Origin: an uncultured Mollicutes bacterium
Lineage (GTDB): Bacteria > Bacillota_I > Bacilli_A > RFN20 > CAG-826
Length of the DNA: 64,000 nucleotides
Assembly (NCBI GenBank): GCA_900540365.1
Contig: UQFN01000005.1
Span: 21,231 to 85,230, forward strand
Direction: 5' to 3'
Positions 55,782 to 64,000 of this stretch are shown piece by piece. The notes beneath the pieces are model-generated. The model ran no database searches. It worked only from the letters and a program-made list of their open reading frames with translations, and was not told the DNA's origin. A program made the translations under genes and the position numbers. The first letter of the stretch is position 1, and each line of letters opens with the position of its first letter.

Positions 55782-55970
55782 TTATTGATTTAAAAGCATA
55801 GTTAATAAATTACCACTACCAATTTTATGTCCAAGACGATCATATGTATATTTTCCATCATAATATCCAAGCTTATGTCCTAAATGGTCATATATAACAT
55901 CTCTATTTCCCTCAACACGAATTTCACCTATTTTATGTCCTAAACGATCCCTTAAGATTTCTCTATCCAT
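55782..55970 (-). CDS. 62-aa protein built from three D[RH]LGHK[IL]G repeats
   Basis: RBS AAAGGAGAA. Protein is MDREILRDRLGHKIGEIRVEGNRDVIYDHLGHKLGYYDGKYTYDRLGHKIGSGNLL. The DNA carries a threefold ttatgtccnanangntc repeat. Confidence 0.6.
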   Translation of the reverse strand: MDREILRDRLGHKIGEIRVEGNRDVIYDHLGHKLGYYDGKYTYDRLGHKIGSGNLLTMLLNQ

Positions 55971-56031
55971 ATAATTCTCCTTTTATTTAATTATAAATGA
56001 TTAATTATTTTTAAAAAACTACTAATTTTAG

Positions 56032-56060
56032 AAAAAACCTTGCAGAACTAACTTATTTTT
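56032..56060. repeat. Copy of dispersed ~28-nt intergenic motif (forward orientation)
   Basis: aaaaaaccttgcagaactaacttatttttc. Confidence 0.55.
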
Positions 56061-56204
56061 CGAGTTTTTTTCTTAAAAATTTAATATTAACTTCTGATTC
56101 ATTTTTTAAAAATTATAACAAAATCAATAAAACTTAATTTTATAAAGCTAAACTATTTAGTTTAAAAAAAGAAATAATTTAAAACTCTAAAATATTTTTA
56201 TTTA

Positions 56205-56465
56205 GCAAAAATTCCTTAATTCTTATAATTAAATATCCTTTTTCATATCGCCTTGGTTTCATACTTTATCCAACAATAATATTTTTTTCAAAAGAATCAT
56301 CGACTTTATCAAATTATCATATTTCTTGTAAGATTTTCTCTTTATTTATCTTGTATATAATAACGATTGCTCTCTAAATTAGCTACAAAATCAATTTCGT
56401 ATTGATATTTTGTTTGGTTTTCATTTTTTAAATATACTTCGACAACTCCAACATCTTTTTATTCA
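56205..56465 (-). pseudogene. C-terminal remnant of a DUF4143-type AAA ATPase gene
   Basis: Hand translation across frames gives DVGVVEVYLKNENQTKYQYEIDFVANLESNRYYIQ..KILQEI..FDKVDDSFEKNIIVG..KPRRYEKGYLIIRIKEFLL. Several stops and frameshifts are present, and no N-terminal part remains. Confidence 0.5.
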
Positions 56466-56575
56466 TGTAACTATTTTTATTAATCTGTTATATTTTTTAT
56501 AATTAATTTTATTTTTATTTGAATTTAATATAAATTATAAGTTTAAGTGAAAGCTAAATTATATTTAAAAAGTTG

Positions 56576-57649
56576 TTAATAATCGCTAGTTTTGAATTTA
56601 TATGAAGTTTTAAATTTTTTATCAAACTTGCCATAAGGTACTAAGTAATTTTTTTCTTTATGGAGTCTTCCTAAAACAATGCAAGGATGAATTCCAACAC
56701 TATTTGCAAATTCGATAATTGAGTCTTCAGTAAAACAATTTTTATTTATATAATCGTTCCATTTATCGTTAGAAATTAACATCTCTGCAGCTATTAAATC
56801 AGCTTCATCATCTTCGTCATTTTCAATATTTATTAATGTTTCTCTACGATGTTCCATTAAGACATGGGATATTTCATGAAACAATGTAAACCAAAATAAA
56901 TCTGCTTTCTCACCTCTATTTGAAATTGCTAGCATGACATTATCCTTGCTAAACCATTTTGTTGCTCCATAAATATAAGATTTTGATAAATAAGGTAGTA
57001 AAACAAAAGAAATACCACATTCATTTAAAATATATTTTAATCTAGGTAAAAAATCTTCTAAATTTTGTTTCGTCATTCCTCTAATTTCTGGAATATATTC
57101 AATTAACATATTCTTATTAAAAGGGATTTCATTTTTCTTTCTAGCTTCATTTAAAGCTAAAGCAATCCAAAAGTTTTGAGCAAAATAATCGACTTCTTTT
57201 TTTGTATGATGTTCTTTTAAACAAACAAATAAGTCCTTTTTATCTAAAAGCATTAAACTATTTACTCCAACTACTTCTCTACACTTATTAATAATTTCTT
57301 CCTTTGTAAAATTATTAAAAACATAACCATAATCTATTAAGTAATTTTTTACTTTGCTTGCAAAAACCCATTCTTTTTTAAGTTCTTCGTTTTTATTTAA
57401 TTCTTTTAAATATACGTTGTATTGTGTTTGTAAATTAGTCCAATAATTAATTGAGTTATCAAAAAATATTGATAATTTATATGCAATATCAAAAGTAAGA
57501 TCACCGTTCCCAGTAATTAGTGCAGAAATTGTTCTTTCTGAAATTCCTGTTCTAAGTGAAAATTCTTTTGCAGTCATTTCCATAGAATCTAATAATTCTT
57601 TTAAATAAACACCTGGATGAAATCTTTTAATACTCGCCATAATGGTCAC
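56576..57649 (-). CDS. HigA-type XRE antitoxin domain fused to an ImmA/IrrE (COG2856) zinc metallopeptidase domain
   Basis: The N-terminal FHPGVYLKELLDSMEMTAKEFSLRTGISERTISALITG is a HigA-like HTH. The HExxH motif lies in LFHEISHVLMEH. The gene overlaps the upstream toxin-like gene by 23 nt. Confidence 0.75.
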   Translation of the reverse strand: MTIMASIKRFHPGVYLKELLDSMEMTAKEFSLRTGISERTISALITGNGDLTFDIAYKLSIFFDNSINYWTNLQTQYNVYLKELNKNEELKKEWVFASKVKNYLIDYGYVFNNFTKEEIINKCREVVGVNSLMLLDKKDLFVCLKEHHTKKEVDYFAQNFWIALALNEARKKNEIPFNKNMLIEYIPEIRGMTKQNLEDFLPRLKYILNECGISFVLLPYLSKSYIYGATKWFSKDNVMLAISNRGEKADLFWFTLFHEISHVLMEHRRETLINIENDEDDEADLIAAEMLISNDKWNDYINKNCFTEDSIIEFANSVGIHPCIVLGRLHKEKNYLVPYGKFDKKFKTSYKFKTSDY

Positions 57650-57989
57650 TTATCTCCTTAATTCTTATTTTCTTTACACTTTTTAAAAATTCTTTTTCGT
57701 TTTCTGTTGGAACAAGAACATTATTGTTTTCATCGAGCATTTGTATTAATATTCGCCACTTACTTTTTTTCTTATCTAGTGATAACGAATAATAATTTTT
57801 TAGATTACCTTTTTTATGTTCCATATAGAAATATATATTAACTTTTAAATCATAAGCATTGTCTGCTGCATCTAAAACACCAAGTAAAAGTAACATTCCT
57901 CTTGATATAACCTTACCATATTTCCTAGTCATGTACTTTTCATCTTCATATTTATTTTTCAAACTTGGCGGGCTATATTCATATTCCAC
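57627..57989 (-). CDS. HigB-like (RelE/ParE superfamily) toxin candidate
   Basis: 120 aa. LLGVLDAADNAYDL..MEHKKGNLKNYYSLSLDKKKSKWRILIQ...IRIKEISDHY follows the HigB pattern (L.G.....YS.r.....Ri.f......v.i.dYH). Confidence 0.55.
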   Translation of the reverse strand: MEYEYSPPSLKNKYEDEKYMTRKYGKVISRGMLLLLGVLDAADNAYDLKVNIYFYMEHKKGNLKNYYSLSLDKKKSKWRILIQMLDENNNVLVPTENEKEFLKSVKKIRIKEISDHYGEY

Positions 57990-58091
57990 AAGTACCTCCT
58001 TACTAAATTCATATTACATAAATTGTAATTTAAAATCAATTTAAAAGCAAATTAAAATTACTTTTTATGTAATTTGAACATAAGAAAATAT

Positions 58092-58250
58092 TTTAAAGTT
58101 AATAACGATGCTTGTTTAAAATGTAATAAATGTTTTGAAGTTTGTCCTTTAAATAACATTTTGATGGTTAATGATAAAATAACTTTTAAAGACAATTCTA
58201 TGTTTTGCTTATCATGTATTAATCGTTGTCTAATAAATACAATAACATAA
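58092..58250 (+). pseudogene. Start-less fragment of a 4Fe-4S ferredoxin-domain gene
   Basis: Plus-strand frame reads FKVNNDACLKCNKCFEVCPLNNILMVNDKITFKDNSMFCLSCINRCLINTIT*. It has CxxCxxCxxxCP and then a degenerate second cluster. There is no ATG or RBS. The 58058..58258 minus-strand ORF is its antisense shadow. Confidence 0.5.
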
Positions 58251-58506
58251 AAAAACAATAAAAATGGAGATTATTTATGTCCAATAGGTCATTTTAAAAC
58301 AAAATAAAATAATAATCTTAAACTTAATAAATTAATATAGATTACTTAAAAATAAAATTAAACTTTCTTTTTAAATCATATTTTATTTAAATAAAAGTAT
58401 GCAGTTCTAAGGTAAATACTTATTTTTTGCACATTTTAATAAAATATCTTTAATTCTAAATTTCTTAATTAATGACAACTTTTTAAAATAGTTTTATAAT
58501 AACTTT

Positions 58507-59327
58507 ATGAAAAAAGAAGCTGTTTTTTTAAACAATACATATTTATGTGGACATGAAATATTTTTTAATTTAAGTGAAATAAAGGAAGAATATCCTTTAC
58601 ACTTTCATGAGTTTTACGAATTGGAACTTTTAATTGAAGGTGAAGGATATGAAATTATTAACGGAATAAAATATGATATTAAACCTAATACTTTATTTTT
58701 ATTTCATCCAACCGATTATCATCAAATTATAGCTACTAAACCTTTAAAAATATTTAATGTTGCTTTTACTGACTCTATAATTGATGAAAAAAATATTATT
58801 AACTTTCTTGATTACGATAATGGAATAGTTATTAATCTTTCCGAAAATAAATTAAAGCAAGTTCGTTCAACAATTGAAATTATTAGAGACGTATTTTATG
58901 GAAATAGAAGTAACAAAGAATTAATTTTAACTCATTTAGTAAACGCTTTATTATTAATTATTATCGGATCACACGAATTAAAAAATAATACCATAACTAC
59001 TAAAAAAATGTTGATGTTTTAAAATATATCCAAAATAACTTTCAAAAAAATCCTTCATTAGAAGAATTAAGTCAATTTTGTGGATATCAAAAAAATTATT
59101 TTTGTGAATATTTTAAAAAGAATTTTAATACAACTTATAAAGAATATTTATCAAGTGTCAAAATTAATCATTCAAAGAAACTTTTAAAACTTACTAATAA
59201 ATCTATTAAAGAAATTGCTACTGAATGTGGTTTTAATAGCGCTAATAATTTCATAAGAAAATTTAAAGAGACTTCTATTATTACTCCTAAAGAATATCGA
59301 CAACTTTATTTAAAAACTATGAAATAA
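58507..59327 (+). pseudogene. AraC-family regulator (cupin + HTH) split by a -1 frameshift in an A7 tract
   Basis: Track ORF 58507..59022 is the cupin half (HFHEFYELELLIEG). Adding one A at 59002-59008 continues into ..VDVLKYIQNNFQKNPSLEELSQFCGYQKNYFCEYFKK...IKEIATECGFNSANNFIRKFKE, the AraC HTH, which ends at 59327. Confidence 0.75.
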
Positions 59328-60510
59328 ACTTTTCAAAATATATAGACTTGGAAATTAAAGAAGATAAGCCTTTATTATTTTTATTTATTGTTAAAGTTAA
59401 AAGTGATATAACACCTAAAAATAAACTTAAAACCGATAAATGATAAGTTGAAATTGTAAAGACTCCTACTTCAATTAAAGTAAAGTTCAAAGTATTAATT
59501 CCACCTAATATTAATAAAATAAACATTGAGATATAAAAATATTTAAATAACGAACAAATCATATTAACTAATATAATTTTTAAACTATATTCTTTATAAT
59601 TATTTAATCTAGCTAAAGATAAAATCAAATTAGATGGATTAACTTTATTTTTGTTAAATATAGGAAAAATACATTCAAATATTATAAAAGAAATTAAAAA
59701 GGAAAATACTCCTGCATACATTTTATAACTATGAATAACTTCATATGTTTCATTATATAAATTAAAATTAATTTGATAATCTTTATATTTCAATAATAGA
59801 TCTCCAGCGTTAGAATAAATCTCTTTAAAGTAATTATAGAATGACGCATCAACCTCTCTTAAAGTTGAATAACTAACATCCATAACGTGATATTGAAATA
59901 AATATCGACAAATATCGACATTTAATCGTGGTAACTTATCATAATTATTATCAAAAGTAAAAAATTCTTTACCTTCTTCATTAATTTTTAAAACATTATT
60001 AACATAATAAACTTTTCCATCATAGCTAGTATTATAATTTACTAGAAGTTCATCATTAGTATCTACTTTATTTAATATAAAAGAAGTGTAAAAATAACCT
60101 AAAAAATCAGTTTCATAAGAATCAATTAAAAAATTTTCCATGAAATCTTTTTTAGTAGAATAACCATAATTATCTAACTCCTCTTTATATATATCTCCAT
60201 ATTCTTCATAACACATTTTTATATTTTGAATTACGTAAACAAAATAAATACTATCTAAAGTAGATATATTATTAAATTCTTCATTATAAAAAAATAATTT
60301 ACTGCTTGTACCTATTTCAAGCATATTATCTTTATAAGTAACATTATTAGTAAGAGCGTTTTGATAAGTCGAATCGTTATTAACAATTGGCATTCCAACA
60401 GCAAAAACTAAGATTAAAGAACTTAAAAATAAAAAAATACTTTCTAATAAATTAGAAAATAAAATTCTTTTTTTACTTGCTTTTAATAAAGTCTCATTCA
60501 TAAACTTCAT
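59317..60510 (-). CDS. Membrane protein (1 N-terminal + about 4 C-terminal TM) coupled to the alpha-galactosidase gene
   Basis: 397 aa. The start overlaps the GH36 stop by 17 nt. Confidence 0.5.
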   Translation of the reverse strand: MKFMNETLLKASKKRILFSNLLESIFLFLSSLILVFAVGMPIVNNDSTYQNALTNNVTYKDNMLEIGTSSKLFFYNEEFNNISTLDSIYFVYVIQNIKMCYEEYGDIYKEELDNYGYSTKKDFMENFLIDSYETDFLGYFYTSFILNKVDTNDELLVNYNTSYDGKVYYVNNVLKINEEGKEFFTFDNNYDKLPRLNVDICRYLFQYHVMDVSYSTLREVDASFYNYFKEIYSNAGDLLLKYKDYQINFNLYNETYEVIHSYKMYAGVFSFLISFIIFECIFPIFNKNKVNPSNLILSLARLNNYKEYSLKIILVNMICSLFKYFYISMFILLILGGINTLNFTLIEVGVFTISTYHLSVLSLFLGVISLLTLTINKNNKGLSSLISKSIYFEKFIS

Positions 60511-62677
60511 CTAATTCTATTAATTGAGGAGTAAAAGAAGCCATTCCCATCGATAAATTAATTCCAATATTCATATAAAAATCACCTCTATAAATACCTC
60601 CATTAAAAGAGTTTTTATAAAGTTTATTTTTATCTAATCCTTTTAATTTTAAATAACGTGAAAACCAATTGACTTGCAAATAGTTCATAAAAAAGACTAC
60701 TGCTTTAGATTTATTTTTTGCAACTAATTCAAAAGAAATAAAATTAGAATTAAAAGGTGCAATTAAAGAATAATAATCTCCATTTTTAATTAAATCTTCA
60801 TTATCTAAATATCTTTTATTAGAAATTATAATTTCATTTTCTTGAATAGGATCTAACTTAGTAATATCTAATTCATATCCAAATGTACCAAACATACTGA
60901 TGGCGCTTTTTTCTTTAATAGAAAGATATTTTCGATTTGAAGTATGTGATCCAATAACGCAAAGTGGATAAAATAAATATGTTGAATATTGAATAAAAGT
61001 TCTACTTATACCATCAGTTTCATCACTTGCCCAAATTTGAGGTGAATAAAATAACATCCCTAGATCGAAACGACCTCCACCTCCTGAACAAGTTTCAAGT
61101 AATATTTTTGGATATCTATTTATAAAACGATTTAATAAATCATAAGTTCCTAAAATAAAACGATGATAAATCTCTCCATGATTTAAAGAGTTATTTGAAT
61201 AAGGTTCTGTTAAAACACGGTTAAAATCCCATTTACAATAATCAATTTCATAATTATCAAAAATATTTGAAATTTTCTTAAAAATATAATCAATAACTTC
61301 ATTGTTAGTTAAATCCATAACTAATTGATGTCTAAAAGTCGTTAAATTAAGTTTATTATATCCTAAAGCGTACTCAGGATGAGCTTTAAAAATCTTAGAA
61401 TTAAAACTAATCATTTCTGGTTCGATCCGTAAGCCAAATTTAACATTTAATTGATGTGCGTAATTAATAACCGCTTTTAAATCAATTTTTTTATGATTAA
61501 TTTCCCAATCTCCAAGTCCACCAGTATCATCATCTCGATTAATAAACCATCCATCATCTAAGACGACTAAATTTATTCCTAATTCACTTGCTTTTTTTAT
61601 AAATTCAATAATTTTATTTGTATCAAATTTCATTTCAAAAGCTTCCCATGAATTTAATAAAATAGATTTATCAATGTAAGTTTCTTTTCTAATTAAGTTT
61701 TCACGTATTAAATCATGGAACGTATTTGTTAAGTTATCTAGCCCATTTTCGCTATAAACTAATATAGCTTCAGGAGAAATAAACGTTTCCTCTTCATTTA
61801 AAGAGTAAAGAAAACTTTCATCATTAATACCAAAAATTACTCGAGTTGAGTTCATTTCAGTTCCATTAACTTCTAATTTAAAGTTACCACTATAAACTAA
61901 ACCAAATCCAATTGCTTCTGTAGTATTATAATTTTTATTATTGTTAATTAAAATTGCCATTGGATTATGATAAAAAGATTTTCCATTAGTATTTGTTTCG
62001 ATAACAATTGTATTATGTTTAATTTCTTGCTTTTCAATTAACCTATCAGTAGCATATGTTCCATGTAATGAAATTAAATCATATTCATTAGTAGGTAAAT
62101 CTATTGATAAAGAACATATTTTACTTATTTTAATCTTATGATTAGTTTTATTAATAATCTCGTTATGTCGAATAATTACATTCTTATCTTTTAAAATTGA
62201 ATAGAAAGTATTTAAATATATTTCATCTTTTCGATCTTTTAAAACAACTTTTAAAGTTTCGATATAACTATTATTTTCTCTTATAAAAGGTAAATTAATA
62301 AAGGTAGGTTTTCCTTTATATATTTCATGACTTACATATCTAAAATCAGTTAAATCTACTTCATCAATATTTTTAATTTTAATAGCAGCGATACGTTTAT
62401 CAAAAGTACCAAAACTAGGAATTTCCACTCTTGAAGCAATTCCAGAAAAATATTGATCATTAATAACTTCTTCCTTCTTATTAATATCAAAATAAGTATA
62501 CTTATCTGCATACATATTATTAATAAATTCATAAGAATCTTTACTTAATTGATTAATTTTTTTGCCAAAATAAAGATTTACTAAAATATTTTCATGATTA
62601 ACATAAAAAATATAAGAAATATCATTATTTTCGATAGTAAATGTTTTAGTTGTTTTATCAAATTTGATTAATTGCAT
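60494..62677 (-). CDS. Alpha-galactosidase, glycoside hydrolase family 36
   Basis: 727 aa with LVVLDDGWF, DYCKWDFNR and CSGGGGRFDLG..IWASDETD, the GH36 catalytic-region motifs. Confidence 0.9.
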   Translation of the reverse strand: MQLIKFDKTTKTFTIENNDISYIFYVNHENILVNLYFGKKINQLSKDSYEFINNMYADKYTYFDINKKEEVINDQYFSGIASRVEIPSFGTFDKRIAAIKIKNIDEVDLTDFRYVSHEIYKGKPTFINLPFIRENNSYIETLKVVLKDRKDEIYLNTFYSILKDKNVIIRHNEIINKTNHKIKISKICSLSIDLPTNEYDLISLHGTYATDRLIEKQEIKHNTIVIETNTNGKSFYHNPMAILINNNKNYNTTEAIGFGLVYSGNFKLEVNGTEMNSTRVIFGINDESFLYSLNEEETFISPEAILVYSENGLDNLTNTFHDLIRENLIRKETYIDKSILLNSWEAFEMKFDTNKIIEFIKKASELGINLVVLDDGWFINRDDDTGGLGDWEINHKKIDLKAVINYAHQLNVKFGLRIEPEMISFNSKIFKAHPEYALGYNKLNLTTFRHQLVMDLTNNEVIDYIFKKISNIFDNYEIDYCKWDFNRVLTEPYSNNSLNHGEIYHRFILGTYDLLNRFINRYPKILLETCSGGGGRFDLGMLFYSPQIWASDETDGISRTFIQYSTYLFYPLCVIGSHTSNRKYLSIKEKSAISMFGTFGYELDITKLDPIQENEIIISNKRYLDNEDLIKNGDYYSLIAPFNSNFISFELVAKNKSKAVVFFMNYLQVNWFSRYLKLKGLDKNKLYKNSFNGGIYRGDFYMNIGINLSMGMASFTPQLIELDEVYE

Positions 62678-62696
62678 AAATTTATCTTAATAATAA

Positions 62697-64000
62697 TTAA
62701 ACTAACAAGCAATCATCAATTGTATCAAATAAATGAATTTTTTCTAAATTGAAGAAAACATTAACATTTTCATTTTCTTTAATATCATTATTAGCACTTG
62801 TTTTTAAAATAAAGTCTTTATTATTTATTAATGTATGTAAGAAATATTCATGTCCTAATAATTCTGGGATTGTAATTGTGACGTTAATTAAATCACTTTT
62901 AACAACACTAGGTTCAATGACGCTATTTTCTACATAAACATCTTCAGGTCTAATTCCAAGTTTAACTTGATACACATTATCTTGTAGCATTTTTTCATAT
63001 TTTTCTTTTTTGACTTTTGCTACTTTTAATTGTTCTTCGTACATGTTCTTACACAAATTCATTTCAAATTCATCAAGTTTAACATCGTTAAATGGATCTA
63101 AACTATTTCCAGCTTCATCATGATTTACATGATAACCTTTCTTTAAGAAATTTAATCTTACTGCCGCTCTTTTTACATTTAACTCTTTTTCAATTTCTTC
63201 GTTTAAACCATTTTCGATAAAGTTATTAACTTCATTTAATTTCTCTAAAATCTTATTTCTTAATCTTAATTTAAAATCTTCTTTGATTGATATTTTTGTA
63301 TTTTCATCAATCTTAACTTCATTATTTTCAATAGTTGCATTTAAAATATTCATTGAAGGACTACCAATAAAGGTTGCAACAAAAATATTTTTAGGATTAT
63401 TATAAATTTCTTTAGGTGTTCCGATTTGTTGAGTAACACCTTTATTCATAATGACAATTCGATCAGCCATAGTCATTGCTTCGGTTTGATCGTGAGTAAC
63501 ATAAATTGTTGTAGCATTAATTGTTTTATGAATACGAATAATTTCACTTCTCATTGAAACACGGAGTTTAGCATCTAAGTTAGAAAGTGGTTCATCCATT
63601 AAAAATAATTTAGCTCTTTTACAAATTGCTCTACCTAAAGCAACTCTTTGACGTTGTCCACCAGATAAAGCTCTAGGTTTACGATCTAAATATTCTTCAA
63701 TTTGTAAAATTTTAGCAGCTTCATGAACTCTTTCATCAATTTCTTCTTTTGTAAGTTTTTTCTCAATAATTTTTAAGACTTTATGAGATTTAGTAAATTC
63801 TAATTCTTTATTAAGTTGATCGATTTCACTATTTAAATCTTTAATTTCTAAATTCTTAGCATAAATTTTATCTTTTAAATTAAATGCTTTTTCTTGATAA
63901 ATATGTTTTATTTTTGAAGAAACAAAGTTATCTTTACTAAATTTATTAGATTTTTCTAATAAATTGTTTATTTTAGTTGTTAAAAGATTTTCATCGATTG
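62697..64000 (-). CDS. MsmK/MalK/UgpC-type sugar ABC transporter ATPase with long coiled-coil insertions; 5' end outside window
   Basis: The track ORF starts at an internal Met (MDEPLSNLD, Walker B). My translation stays open upstream to 64000: ..[75 protein letters not shown] second insert lies in the C-terminal regulatory domain. Confidence 0.85.
   Translation of the reverse strand, partial: IDENLLTTKINNLLEKSNKFSKDNFVSSKIKHIYQEKAFNLKDKIYAKNLEIKDLNSEIDQLNKELEFTKSHKVLKIIEKKLTKEEIDERVHEAAKILQIEEYLDRKPRALSGGQRQRVALGRAICKRAKLFLMDEPLSNLDAKLRVSMRSEIIRIHKTINATTIYVTHDQTEAMTMADRIVIMNKGVTQQIGTPKEIYNNPKNIFVATFIGSPSMNILNATIENNEVKIDENTKISIKEDFKLRLRNKILEKLNEVNNFIENGLNEEIEKELNVKRAAVRLNFLKKGYHVNHDEAGNSLDPFNDVKLDEFEMNLCKNMYEEQLKVAKVKKEKYEKMLQDNVYQVKLGIRPEDVYVENSVIEPSVVKSDLINVTITIPELLGHEYFLHTLINNKDFILKTSANNDIKENENVNVFFNLEKIHLFDTIDDCLLV

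Noticed and set aside
58058-58258. 66-aa minus-strand ORF
   Set aside because: The plus strand here encodes a recognisable CxxCxxCxxxCP ferredoxin-domain fragment. The minus-strand ORF is its antisense shadow.

Overview
Very AT-rich chromosomal segment (roughly a quarter G+C by eye) from a low-GC Bacillota/Mycoplasmatota-like bacterium. It uses the standard genetic code: TGA closes several overlapping genes and Trp is TGG. I support about 55 protein-coding genes. I see no rRNA, tRNA, CRISPR array, transposase or integrase.

Main points:
1. Two paralogous surface-protein cassettes occur at 1527-10254 (+) and 37928-32937 (-). Each has the gene order small protein A, enlarged SipW-type signal peptidase, small protein B, giant protein C (>800 aa). 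All six cargo proteins carry TasA/camelysin-style signal peptides.
2. The first cassette sits in a tightly overlapping 13.6-kb operon that continues into an ABC exporter and a beta-helix protein.
3. That cassette also carries a three-gene insert absent from the second cassette: a membrane-anchored McrB/AAA_5-like NTPase, a zinc-ribbon partner with no visible nuclease motif, and a collagen/tail-fibre-like lipoprotein. This is my best candidate for an undescribed system.
4. An SbcCD/YhaON-like nuclease-ATPase pair is bracketed by ~92-bp inverted repeats of about 93 percent identity.
5. A ~28-nt intergenic motif is dispersed in at least 15 copies.
6. A 5'-truncated, frameshifted heliorhodopsin remnant is present, along with several other gene remnants (P-type ATPase C-terminus, DUF4143 ATPase, ferredoxin, DUF4177).
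7. Five frameshifts are all -1 events in homopolymer runs, so they are either real decay/phase variation or assembly error.
8. Also present: a HigB-like toxin with a HigA-ImmA/IrrE fusion, and a 62-aa protein made of three D[RH]LGHK[IL]G repeats.

The remainder is ordinary metabolism and transport: asnA, corA, ldhA, maa, gldA-kdgT-budA, CoA-disulfide-reductase-like, PfkB kinase, GH36 alpha-galactosidase, and an MsmK-like ATPase with inserts.

All family assignments come from motif recognition by eye and memory. No searches were run.
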